A stretch of DNA of 64,000 nt from positions 107,694,001 through 107,758,000 of the forward strand of contig OX597814.1 of assembly GCA_951406725.2 (NCBI GenBank), in the 5' to 3' direction. The stretch comes from Octopus vulgaris. Its lineage: Eukaryota. Of the stretch, positions 52,771-64,000 are shown one piece after another; position 1 is the stretch's first letter, and each line of letters begins with the position of its first letter. The notes beneath the pieces are model-generated. The model was not told where the DNA came from and made no database searches. It saw nothing but the letters and a program-made list of their open reading frames with translations. The position numbers were made by a program, and so were the translations under genes.

Positions 52771-54124
52771 AGTAAAAAGATCGTGGAGACGTTATTAGAA
52801 GATATACGAAGATGTTGGAATAATTTGAAAGCTAAGACGATGATAAATAAAAAGATAATAATGTGGAACAAGGATAAATGATGTTAGCTTATTACACTAT
52901 AAACACCGTTATTTTTTTCTTTGCAGTTTCTTGGGTTGAAAAAGTAATTTTGGTTCCAAGTGCTTGGCGCTTCTTTTTCAAACATCATCATCATCGTTAT
53001 CATGATCATTGTCGTCGTCATCATTATAGCCATTTACTCTTTCATTCTCTGTTTAGGCACACATCAAGCTGCCTGTCCGTTTTACAAACGTTTTCATACA
53101 ACTAGAATTTATTTTCTAATCCTTTTCCTCTTTCTAATTATCTCCTGTTTAATTACACTAATACTAATTAGAAACAAACAAACAAAAACCGAAGAATTAG
53201 TTTGGTTAATCTTTTTTTAATTAATTTTCTCCATGTCACTCAACAGCTCTTATTTCCTCTCCGATTGTTTATTTTCTTCCCGACGGATGACTTTCTTGTC
53301 TTTCTCCAACATATTTTATTTTTTACAATTAAATTGAAGTAAAAAGAAATTTATCACATCACTATTGATCTTTGATAATCTATACTTATTGATAGGTTTT
53401 TTTTTAAAGTATTCACACTGTTCTGATTTAAATAACTTAATATAAACACAATGTTTATAAATTACGCCACTGGACCCATAAATCCATACACAAACACGAG
53501 CCAACTTGGGAGCCTCTACGTGGTCTCGTGATCCGCTAGAAATAGCAGCTATATACCCCTCAACTGATTTAAAATTATGTCACGTTGGATAATGTAGTAC
53601 TTGGCTATACAGTGTTTGAAATAGGATGGATGGTTACGGTTAGAAGGCTTACTGGTCAGTGATCTGTTCGTTCAGGGCTGACCTGGGGCTAAACAATAGT
53701 ACGCATGTATGTATATAACAGATGACATTCACGCACGTGATGGAGGCAACGATGATGACACACGAATGGGCGAACATCTCGATTCTGTGATGATCGCAAA
53801 GGTTTTACAAATCACTTATACATGTACAAGCGTATTTCATTGTAAGGTGACTGTGTGTGTGTGCATGTGTATCTGTTTTTGTATACAAATGCACGCAAGC
53901 GTGTCTGTGTTACTATGTTTTGAATTAAAAAGGTATCACACACCACAGAGGCATCATACGCTCTTGTATATATACACGTACATAAAGTTCCCACATATTT
54001 ACATATAGAATAACACACCTAAATATTAATATCTCTGCTACACAATAATTGAAGATTTAAAATTCCAGTTAATTTTATATTATTACGATTTCTCTTTTAA
54101 AAAGTGCTTCACACGAACGTATGT

Positions 54125-54250
<126 letters not shown>

Positions 54251-54541
54251 ACATATACAATATACATGATATATAACGTGTATGCATATGTGTATAAATA
54301 AACTATAAATATTTATAATATATGTATGTATACGTATGTACAAAATATACATAGATAGATAGATAAATAAATAGAGAGAGAGAGAGAGAGAGAATGTAGC
54401 TTTGTTTGCTTGTATATATAGGTCAAGCTTGTAACGTGTAATTAATAAAAAATAGGTCATGCTATCATCGAAACTTGCATTTGGTTGGGACGTAGTACAT
54501 AATAATAATAATAGCAATAATAATATTAATAATAGTAATAA

Positions 54542-54690
54542 CCGTCGTCATGGCGACGGCAAGTATCTGCCTAATTAGTGACCAATCAGATAGAGGCTAC
54601 CTAATGAGGTAGAACAAGGGCGGCAACTGCGCTGTCGTCGCCATTACGTAGCGACCTCACACTACGGAAATAAAAGAAATGAGGTAATAT
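54542..54690 (+). promoter_or_regulatory. Candidate promoter module: X-box-like palindrome, CCAAT box, GC box
   Basis: GTCGTCATGGCGAC (54544-54557), GACCAATCAG (54580-54589), GGGCGG (54618-54623); locally CpG-rich; ATGAG|GTAAT donor-like site at 54679-54688. Confidence 0.4.
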
Positions 54691-55128
54691 ATTAGCAAGG
54701 ATCTTGTTGTAGTTCCTTGTTTTAGAGGTGCTAACCACTGGGAAAAGGAGAAGAATATATCGCTTTCGTTCTCCTTTCCTCGCTCTCTTCTCTATTTCTG
54801 TTCCTCATATTTTCTCTCTCTCTCTTTCTTTCTCTCTCTCTCTCTCTCTCTTTCTTTCTCTACCTATCTATATTGATCAAAACGTTTGTTTAGTTATCGA
54901 TAGCTGTCTTTCCACCTGTCTCTCTCTCTCTCTCTCTCTATCTATCTTATCTATGTAGATGGATAGATAGATAATGAAGTGTGTTTGTTTTGTCATTGTA
55001 TGCTTGGCAAATGAAATGTGCGAGAAATTATTTTCCAGATGATTGAATAAAAGTTCAGAGAAATTTATAGATTTATTTATTTTTTGTCATACATATTTAA
55101 TTGCTTATGTCCCTATATCCAAGTGTAT

Positions 55129-55160
<32 letters not shown>

Positions 55161-55231
55161 GTGACCGTGTGTGTATCATTGGCGATTTTTTTTCCTCCGT
55201 CTTCCCTTCCTTGGACCTTTCCTTTTTCTAT

Positions 55232-55266
55232 GTTTCTGACGAAGAGCTCCGCTCGAAACGTTAAAT
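55232..55266 (+). ncRNA. Minimal type I hammerhead-ribozyme-like motif
   Basis: TTT-CTGACGA-A-GAGC-TCC-GCTC-GAAA-CG-TTA-AA: canonical core, 4-bp stem II, palindromic stem III (AACGTT). Confidence 0.65.
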
Positions 55267-55353
55267 CCTCCTTCTTTGTTTCCTTCCCGAGCGTCCAATA
55301 ACACTATACTTGTTCCACGTCTTCGCGTTGTGTTTTCATATTTGGATTAACTT

Positions 55354-55393
<40 letters not shown>

Positions 55394-55458
55394 AACGCCA
55401 TGATAGACCGTTAGCTCCTACATGCATTGTTTTTCTCTCCTTGTTTCTTTTCTGTGTA

Positions 55459-55496
55459 TCTTTCTGTCGAAGAGCGTAGGCTCGAAACGTAAAAGA
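55459..55496 (+). ncRNA. Second minimal hammerhead-like motif (A6U core change)
   Basis: TCTTT-CTGTCGA-A-GAGC-GTAG-GCTC-GAAA-CGT-A-AAAGA; stem I TCTTT/AAAGA, palindromic ACGT stem III. Confidence 0.5.
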
Positions 55497-55592
55497 CTTG
55501 TTCTATTTCTATTCCTGAGCGCCATACTAATACATTTGTTTGTTTGTACTCCACCTGCCTTTGTCTTTTGTTTATTTTCGTAAACCTTCCCG

Positions 55593-55631
<39 letters not shown>

Positions 55632-55798
55632 TGCATGCCTATATATATATGTATGCATTGCCCCAGCATGGCCACAGCTCATTAGCTGAAACTGGAAAAA
55701 TCAAAATCAAAATCATATATACATATATATATACACATACATGTATGTATGTATATATATATGTGTGTATGTATACACACACATACACAAGATAGAAT

Positions 55799-56053
55799 AT
55801 ACTGGACACTTTATCCCAACGATCGTTTCGACACATCCTGCATCACTCTCTTGCGGCTGGGAAACACTGTACAATGAATTATGGTGCATCCCATGCTGCA
55901 GAAACATCTCATCAGGTGATGCAGCACAGTTTCTCGTTACAAATGTAACATAACCCGTGGTATCGTTCCCCCTCCACCACCCCCACCCCCGCCGCGAGGG
56001 AGCAATGCAATGTGCGTTGAAACAATTGTTGGGATAAACGAAGTTTCCGGTAT
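55799..56053. mobile_element. MITE with imperfect ~65-bp terminal inverted repeats
   Basis: ATACTGGACACTTTATCCCAACGATCGTTTCGACACA versus TGCGTTGAAACAATTGTTGGGATAAACGAAGTTTCCGGTAT; pairing extends inward (CACTCTCTTGCGGC / GCCGCGAGGGAGC). Confidence 0.65.
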
Positions 56054-56225
56054 CTACTATACTCAACAGAAACTGAGAAATTCCCAACGCAGATCCAGCA
56101 ACGATTATGCGATTATTGTGGATGATGCCAGGCTGCCATAGTAAGTGAACTTACTTTGCAGGCATTGTACTAGGGACATACCCAATGCGCGAAGTTTAAG
56201 TTATAAATCTTAATTTTAATTTTAA

Positions 56226-56285
56226 CTAGCAGTATCGCCCAGCATTTCTCGGGTTTGTTTCAACCCTTTAGAATTGGAATTTTTG
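56226..56285 (-). mobile_element. Isolated Helitron 3' end
   Basis: CTAGCAGTATCGCCCAGCATTTCTCGGGTTTGT is the same 3' terminus as copies A, B and D, followed by different internal sequence. Confidence 0.65.
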
Positions 56286-56649
56286 AATTTTGAACCGGGT
56301 GTTGTGTTCTTGAGCAAATCCCTTTGTCTCATGTTGCTCTGCAATCGCTTCGTCACCTGACACATGGTACACCGTGAACCAGTTCAGACGACTTTGATTT
56401 GATAGAGGGAGAGTAAGCTACTGTGGAGCACAAACATTTTATCACCACAGACAGATCATTTGTACAGGTCGTTCGGTAAAAGCTGAACGCTCCTACGTTG
56501 TCTTTGATGGGAGTGTCCATCATGTATGTGTTTATGTATCTAGGCATGTGTGCGTGTGTATGGTGAATAGTTAAGAAATGCTCATCATTCCAAAACTACA
56601 AAGATATCCTTAAGGTGATAGAAAGCATGTGCTATCATAAATCACTAAC

Positions 56650-58950
56650 TATTAAGCCTTCTATTGTGATTGGTCTTTAGCCAACTAATCAACATGAGGT
56701 AATGGCATAGATAGGTTTTATTGAACATTCTAGAATTAGAATTTCACTTTTGATTCCCAATAAAAACCATTCGGCACACATTTTTACCAGTCAGACAACT
56801 CAGGAAATGTTTAAGGCAGATGGTGCAGAATGATAACAGGAATCTCCATCACCATGAATATAGTTCAGTTCTTTCCAGTTATATTGGGATATTGGGCAAA
56901 TCGCATTTTGCCATAGCAATAGCTTGCCGTAAACTCCAAGCAGTATCTTTCTCCCAATATGTAATTGTTGGTGTTGTCATTTGTAAAAAAGGCCAATACG
57001 GTTTGTCTTTATGTGTGATAATAAAATCCTCTGTTAAATGTTCATGGGTGATGTTCAGTAACTCTTTCATGCAACCCAAGAAACCTATTTTCATTCATCA
57101 ACTCAACCAGTCACCACCACAAACCAGACCAACAACCATAGGCCGTGACAACAGTATTTTGTTGTAAAAGATTGTCGTATTTGTGGAATGATTAGAGAAA
57201 GTTTAGTAATTAATTGAAAAAAGTGTCATATTGGGTGTTTTTACATCGATGTTGAAAGGGGATTGTACCAAGCTATGTTTCTGTTGTTAATGATTCTTCA
57301 ATATAAGTCATGTTTCTCATTTTCTTTCATTTTTAGACAATGTCTCATTGCAAGTATTCACAGAATGAAGAAACGCTTACTTTATAGCAACAAGCTTTGA
57401 AAGTGGAACTGAAGCAGTTTAAAAAAATTTTTTTTTAATTAAACATTTTTTTATATATATAGTTAATAATGCTAATGGAATGGCAAGATACATGATGGAT
57501 GTAACACAGATTTCTTTGGTTTCTAATATGCTTAATACATGGCACTAAGTTGAGAATTATAATCATGAAAATTACCAACAGTAATATAATGTTCAGGGGT
57601 TATCTTAATTCCTATTAATTGATGAAATGATATGATTTTTTTCATCAATGATTCTATTTGTTTTGCGTTGAGTTTATTCGTTATTAATAGACCATCATTT
57701 CCGTAGACTCATCATTTGATCAGTTGGAGTTCTTTCTTCAACTCAAACGAAACCATTTACCAGAAAAACCAAACCCTCAGTGCCCATCCTATCATACCAA
57801 AATGGTAGTAGAAGATTTCCTGTTACAAAAGATATCATGGTTTAAGATTTTCTAGATTAAGGTTAATACTTTTATTTAATTTTCATTCCTGCTTATAATG
57901 GATTTTGAAAAGTTTAAGGTCTTTTTGACCAAGTTTTGATAAATTGACGGGTTTTATACTTGAATATCGTGTGGGCTCAAGGTTAAGAGAAGAATTCTTG
58001 TGTTATGAAGAAGACAATAGCCAAACTCTTCTGGCTTATAGAAATATAACAGATGGTCAAGTGTGTCTTCAAAAGTGGTGCTTTCTATGTTTTAATACTC
58101 TTCAAAATGTAACCCATTTTCTTCTCGATTTGGCCTTCATCAGGATATTCCTTATGTATATTTTGTAAGCATCTTATAGCTTAGTTATCATTGTGAATTG
58201 CTGCAAATTTATTTTGTTCAGGGGGAAATGGCATATAATAAGCTTGGTGGCAGACAATGAGTAAAAAAAAAAACTACTTCCATCTCGCAGGACAATGGTT
58301 CTGTTTCATAAAAATAAAGGTTCTTCCTCTACGAAGAGAGTTTCATCTTTGTTGTAAGTGTACTTTTCTGTGGATTTTAAAATAACTTTTTATATTTTTT
58401 TTTGTTTTCATTTTTCTGAGAAAGTATGCTCATCTCCTTTAGGTCCCGCCTACTCCCCATTTTCATAAGTAGTTGGGATGCTGCTACACAGGGGTACTTC
58501 CTAGTTGTTTAGTATTAGCTGTTGTTTTTGTTGTAGGCGACTCTCCCTGACTTCGCTGGATGTGGGCTGGAGAGAGGATTTTGAGTTTGACGGACCGCTT
58601 TGAAGAAAGAGGCACTTCTACCTGAAGATTCAGCTGAAGTTCCGTCAGGTGCCACGCTGGGACCGACCACATTTGTTGCTGTATTTGTTTTTGGATCATT
58701 TTGGGAGAAAAGATTTGATAGATTTTGCTGTCACGTGCAAGGCAGTTTGCTCATCACCTTCAGATGTTGAGGCTTGAGGCATTCCTCACAACACCCTCTA
58801 CAGGTCATAATTGCTGTATTGGGGTTGTGAGATCATGGGGGACATTTATGTCCATTTTAGTCCCACCTGAACCCTTATCTCGACACATGTTACATCAGTA
58901 CTGACCACCTGCTCATATTGTACCACAAAGCTGACAACAAGCCGGAGTCA
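56650..58950 (-). mobile_element. Highly eroded non-LTR retrotransposon relic (tentative)
   Basis: The minus strand at ~57460-57525 reads KPKKSVLHPS..PLALLT across a frameshift, resembling KPGK..PSSYRPIALT; IDVK near 57250 lies where an LDxxKAYD motif would be expected. Boundaries uncertain. Confidence 0.3.
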
Positions 58951-59004
58951 GCTCCTTCACCGATGTTCTTCATAGTTTTCTTTGTCTTCCCCTTTCTCGA
59001 ATAT

Positions 59005-59341
59005 ACCAGCATCGCCTTACTGGCACTTTAGCTGGTGGCACATGAAAAAACATTCTAGGGAGGTCGTTGCCAGTGCCGCTGCACTGGCTCCTGTGCAGGT
59101 GGCACGTAAAAAGCACCATTTGACTGTGGCCATTGCTAGTACCACCTGACTGGCCCTCATGTTGGTGGCACGTAAAAGCACCCACTACACTCTTGGAGTA
59201 GTTGGCATTAGGAAGGGCATCCTGCTGTAGAATCTCTGCCAGATCAGACTGGAGTCTGGTGTAGCCATCTGGTTCGCCAGACCTCAGTCAAATTGTCCAA
59301 CCCATGCTAGCATGGAAAGCGGACATTAAACAATGATGATG
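59005..59341 (+). mobile_element. SINE-like repeat (family D) with internal subrepeats TGGCACGTAAAAGCACC
   Basis: The 3' end matches 1-128; the subrepeats also occur at 60878-61000. Confidence 0.65.
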
Positions 59342-59343
59342 AG

Positions 59344-59744
59344 TATTTCTTTATTGCCCACAGGAGGCTAAACATAGAGGGCACAAACAAGGACAGACAA
59401 AGGGATCAAGTCGATTACATTGCCCTCAGTGCATAACTGGTACCTATTTCATCGACCCCGAAAGGATGAAAGGCAAAGTCGACCTTGGCAGAATTTGAAC
59501 TCAGAACGTAATGGCAGACAAAATACCTATTTCTTTACTGCCTAGAATGGGCTAAACACAGACGGGACAAACAGATTAAGTCGATTACATCGACCCTTGT
59601 GCGTAACAGGTACATAATTTATTGACCCCGAAAGGATGAAAGGCAAAGTCGACCTCGGCGGAATTTGAACTCAGAATGTAACAGCAGATGAAATACAGCT
59701 AAGCATTTCAACCGGCATGCAAACGATTCTGCCAGCTCGCCACC
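59344..59744 (-). mobile_element. Two SINE family B copies head-to-tail (59344-59527 truncated; 59528-59744 full)
   Basis: Both are homologous to 37456-37686. Confidence 0.8.
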
Positions 59745-60533
59745 TTTCTCAAATATTGCTGAACCAGCTTCTGGATAGGAGCATCACATACGATTTACAC
59801 TTATGCTTTTGCTCCGTTCTCTATTTTATCGATGACACTTATAATACCATATGCCCTCTTTTCCCCACTGAAGGATATTTCATTTAAATATATTGCTAGG
59901 GTTATCTCCAACTTAAGTTTGGATGGTGGAATAAGGTGGCCAGTTGCATTTTTTGTAAGTTAGTTGTATGTTACATTTTTTCAACTCACAGGCCTCTGTA
60001 ATTGATCATGGAATGCTGGTCCCTAATTCAATGTACAAAATGTTTTTAGCGTTCGTCATTCAGCAAAATGTCCTATATCGAGAGTTTTTTTAGTTTGAAA
60101 AGGACGCTAAAAATTGACAATTTTTCATTTTACGCCTGAAGCAATACGTTGCTCTTACCAAAAAATATAACTGGCAGCATTAGAATATCTTTTTTTCTTC
60201 TTTTAGTTCATATTTATTATAAATAATTTGCCTTGCAATAAAACATTATTATAATTTTCGCGATTCGCTTAGTGTGAACAGTGTTCTTTTGTACATTTTC
60301 AGTTTCCATTTTGTGTGTGTTGTGTGAAATATTCATAGCTTCTTTATGAGACATGTGAGACAAAAAAAAAAAAAAACAAGTAAATAATCTTTGTCCGAAA
60401 ATAAAATAAGAACCTTACAGTTTTTGTTTTTGGCAACCCCTTTACATACATGCACAAATATATTTTTTAGAACCTTAACTCGGAGCACACGTAAAGCTAT
60501 ACAAAAAAGCATGTTAATAATGGGTTGAAGCAC

Positions 60534-60611
<78 letters not shown>

Positions 60612-61027
60612 CATGTACATACTTACATATATATGTATATACACATGCATATATGGGTACAGGATGTCATTCTGACAAGATGAAAAACGAGACCATGAAA
60701 TACAAAAACATAGAAAACAAATAGAAAAAAAAGCATATATATATAATATATATTTTAGTGTTGAGATTCAATTTTAAAATCTGTTTTTCAGAGTGTCATA
60801 CAATTTTGTTATATACACAGGCTGCTGATGGTAATCCACTTTTGTGGGTTATCTGAAACTTAGAGTATCATTTTATTACTGACATGTGAAAAGCACCATT
60901 TGAGCATGATCATAGCCAGTGTCACCTTACTGGCACATGTGCCAGTGGCACATGAAAAACAACATTCAATTATGGTCATTGTCAGTGCCACCGGACGGCC
61001 TCCATACACACATACATTTGTGTACAT

Positions 61028-63137
61028 ATATGAGGAGCTATACGATAAATACAACGAGGACGAATCATTAGCCAGAAATAGGAGTAACTACACCCCCTCG
61101 AAAGGTAAGAACAAAACACTTGATGATTTCTGTGACCACATATCAAATTACCCATATCAACATATGCACAAACAAAAACACAAACCAAACTTCAGCAAAA
61201 AAGAATGGGCTGAGTTGAACAAATTAAAACTAGATAAAACAATAACAATCAAAGAGGCCGATAAAGGGAGTGCTGTTGTCTTAATGGATACGACATTTTA
61301 CATAACTTTGGTACTTTCTATGCTGGAAGACACAACATACTATGAAAAGGCACAAAACTAGTCAACAAAAAATAATGAGGGAACTAAAATCCATATTAAA
61401 CCCATACAAAGCAGGGCTCACCGACAAAGAATATGATTATATGACCAATTTCACAAGCAAAACCAGCCAATTCTACGGTATACCTAAGATCCACAAAAGT
61501 GAGAAAATAAGCAACGCATGCAAGATAGCTACAGACAAAATAATTAAAGTCCCTAATCCTAATGACCTCAAATTAAGACCCATAATAGCAGGTCCCGCAT
61601 GCGAAACCCACCGCCTCAGTAACTTTTTAGACACCCTGTTAAAACCACTCCTAAAACATGTCAAAAGCTATATAAGGGACGACTTAGATATGCTCAATCA
61701 CCTACCGAATACTATTAACAAAAACACCATACTGGTATCTTTCGATGTAGTCAACCTCTACTCCAATATCCCCCACAACCTAGGACTGGAGGCAATCCAA
61801 TTCTGGCTAGAAAATCACGCCAACGAACTACCACATCGCATCAAAAAAGAATTCGTGATAGAAGGGGTTAAATTCATCCTGGAAAATAACTTCTTCGCCT
61901 TCAATGACAACTTCTACCGACAAAAATCGGGGACTGCGATGGGTACACGAATGGCCCCCTCCTTTGCCAACCTAGTCATAGGATATCTAGAGATCAGTCT
62001 GTATCGTAAGGTTCTAGAAAGATATGGCAGCCCTTTCTCCATCTACATAGAAAACAACTGGAAGAGATATCTAGATGACTGTTTCATCCTTTGGCATAAA
62101 AATATAGAAAAACTCATAGAATTCCAGGAAATTTTAAACAGACTGGACGTAAACATCCAATTCACGATGGAATATAGCCAGCAACAACTCCCCTTCCTCG
62201 ATATCCTCATTAAGAAAGCTAATAATATAATAGAAACAGACATATATTATAAGCCTACAGACTCTAAGCAATATCTTCCATTCAATTCATGCCACCCCAG
62301 ACACACCAGGATGAATATCCCCTTCAACCTAGCAAAAAGGATATGCACTATAGTCTCGAACGCAAACACCAGAGACACACGACTACAAGAACTAAAAGAT
62401 ACCCTTATCACCAGGAACTATCCACCTTCACTTATTGACAAGTGCATTCAACGTGCCCTTCAACTTAACATCAAGGAACTGAGACATCCCAAATCAAAGA
62501 AAAACTTACAACCAAAAGCCTTACCATACATCTACACACACAACCCTCTCAATAACGAAGCCTTCGGCACCATCCTCCACAACATACCCCTCCTAAAAAA
62601 GACCACAGAATGAACACAATCCTCCAAACACACATGATCATAAAAAGCAAGAGACAGCCTAAATCCATGAAAAGTCTCCTAACACAAGCCCGAATTCACT
62701 CTTCAACACAGAAGCCGACAGTAAAAAAATGTGGAAGACCCAATTGTGGGATATGCGACTATCTAATTGAGGGATCAGAGTTCTCCTTCAAACAGGGACA
62801 ACGGTTTACAGTGAAAAGCAACTTCACATGTGCTTCGGAGAACCTAATATACTCACTAACCTGCTCCGGGTGTCAAGAGCAGTACATAGGCCAAACAAAA
62901 AATAGTTTGCTTAAACGAATGGCCCTGCACAGATCCCAGATAAAAATTCCCCAAAACAGAAAAATAGCTTTTAGCCAACACATAGATACTTGCGCCAACA
63001 AAAAAACACCAAGCTTCAGGATTTTCCCCCTCTACCAATTTAGGGACAATACAACCTCGAGACAACGAATAAGTAAAGAAACTCTCTTTATTGCAAAATA
63101 CAGGCCACTTCTTAACGGGTCTACGACAAACAATTAA
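61028..63137 (+). pseudogene. Penelope-like retroelement ORF (RT + Cys-rich linker + GIY-YIG endonuclease), 5' truncated, two frameshifts
   Basis: IKEADKGSAVV; FYGIPKIHK; LRPIIAG; LVSFDVVNLYSNIP; GTAMGTRMAPSFANL; WKRYLDDCF; LPFLDILI; YYKPTDSKQYL..SCHP; CGRPNCGIC; NLIYSLTCSGCQEQYIGQT...RMALH...H; frame breaks at ~61360 and ~62600. Confidence 0.95.
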
Positions 63138-63299
63138 TATACCTCAACTTTAGAATAAAAGAAATATTCACACACAAATATTACATTCCAAAGAATCCAT
63201 TACTAATCACAGCTAAAATCACAGCTATAATCCATAACATACCAACTTCAAGTCATACAACACCTCACTACTTTAACCCATTCATATTCTCCCTTCTCT

Positions 63300-63573
63300 G
63301 TTTTTTCTTCTTCTTCCTCTTCTTCTTCATCATCATCATTATCATCATCATCGTCGTCATAATCATCACCACCATCACCATCATCGTCATCTTCTCCTTC
63401 TTCTTCTTCTTCTTCTTCTTCTTCTTCTTCTTCTTCTTCTTCTTCTTCTTCTTCTTCTTCTTCTTCTTCTTCTTCTTCTTCTTCTTCTTCATCATCATCA
63501 TCAACATCATCATCATCTTCTTCTTCTTCTTCTTCTTCTTCTTCTTCTTCTTCTTCTTCTTCTTCTTCTACTT
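63300..63573. repeat. (CTT)n/(CAT)n trinucleotide tract in the Penelope 3' region
   Basis: Directly visible. Confidence 0.95.
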
Positions 63574-63929
63574 CTCCACCTCCTACCCCTTAACTTTGTC
63601 ACTAATGTTTTTTAGTATAACACCTATGCAAATTCTATAAACAAGCCTTTCAATATAAATATTCTCCTGAATTGAACTGCGACTGCCAGCCGCCACTGAC
63701 CATTCAAAATACGACCATCAGGGCACTCCCAGATCTTCCCACCCCCTTTCCTCACCAGCCTTCTTCCTCTACTACCCTACCAAGAACTCACAACGACCTC
63801 CAACACACAAGTGCAAACAAGGGAGTCAGAGAAAGGCAGAATGCCACTTAAATCTGAACACTACTATAGAAATATTCCTTTAAAAAAACTTTTCTTCTAA
63901 TTTTTCTAAATTTAATTATTTAATCGTTA

Positions 63930-63967
63930 CAGTTGAAAAGGTCTCAAAATGACCGAAACCGGTACTG
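63930..63967 (+). ncRNA. Minimal type I hammerhead-like motif (U3-A8 variant) downstream of the Penelope ORF
   Basis: CAG-TTGAAAA-GGTC-TCAAAAT-GACC-GAAA-CCGGT-A-CTG: stem I CAG/CTG, stem II GGTC/GACC, palindromic stem III ACCGGT, GUA triplet; same strand as the ORF. Confidence 0.7.
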
Positions 63968-64000
63968 AAATGTTCACTATAAAATTATTTTAGCATTTTC

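Noticed and set aside
51956-52871. Long Ser/Leu/Phe-rich ORFs (206 and 302 aa)
   Set aside because: Arise from the pyrimidine-rich strand of a GA low-complexity tract
62610-62613. TGA as selenocysteine, or programmed recoding between RT and endonuclease (reported for some Penelope lineages)
   Set aside because: The downstream domain is in a different frame and its conserved Cys codons are TGT/TGC; a 1-nt loss in the A run explains the break
63268-63516. Poly-Lys/poly-Met ORF
   Set aside because: Reverse translation of (CTT)n/(CAT)n

Overview
AT-rich, microsatellite-dense eukaryotic DNA. Its SINE, Penelope and (TA)n content looks like a coleoid cephalopod such as Octopus (inference, not a database result). 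I can support no host protein-coding gene; nearly all ORFs in the track are translations of simple repeats. The dominant feature is a ~21.3-kb array of a 13-bp satellite, GGCTATTTGG(G/C)TT (~13996-35260), with kb-scale higher-order repeats. It is bracketed by a CpG-rich ~20-bp minisatellite carrying TGCGCATGCGC motifs. It lies inside a head-to-tail train of non-autonomous Helitrons (12317-35878, minus strand), which is itself enclosed by a 102-bp inverted repeat. The rest is transposon-derived: a nearly intact Penelope-like retroelement (RT + GIY-YIG, two frameshifts), a second degraded Penelope, RTE and other LINE relics, a mariner fragment, four SINE families, several MITEs, and an 811-bp foldback element with telomeric repeats and a 7-bp TSD. 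Several minimal hammerhead-ribozyme-like motifs are scattered through the window. Two carry the compensatory U3-A8 core, and a recurrent permuted GAAA...CUGANGA form also occurs. One CpG-containing promoter-like module lies at ~54.5 kb. All coordinates, alignments and folds were read by eye.
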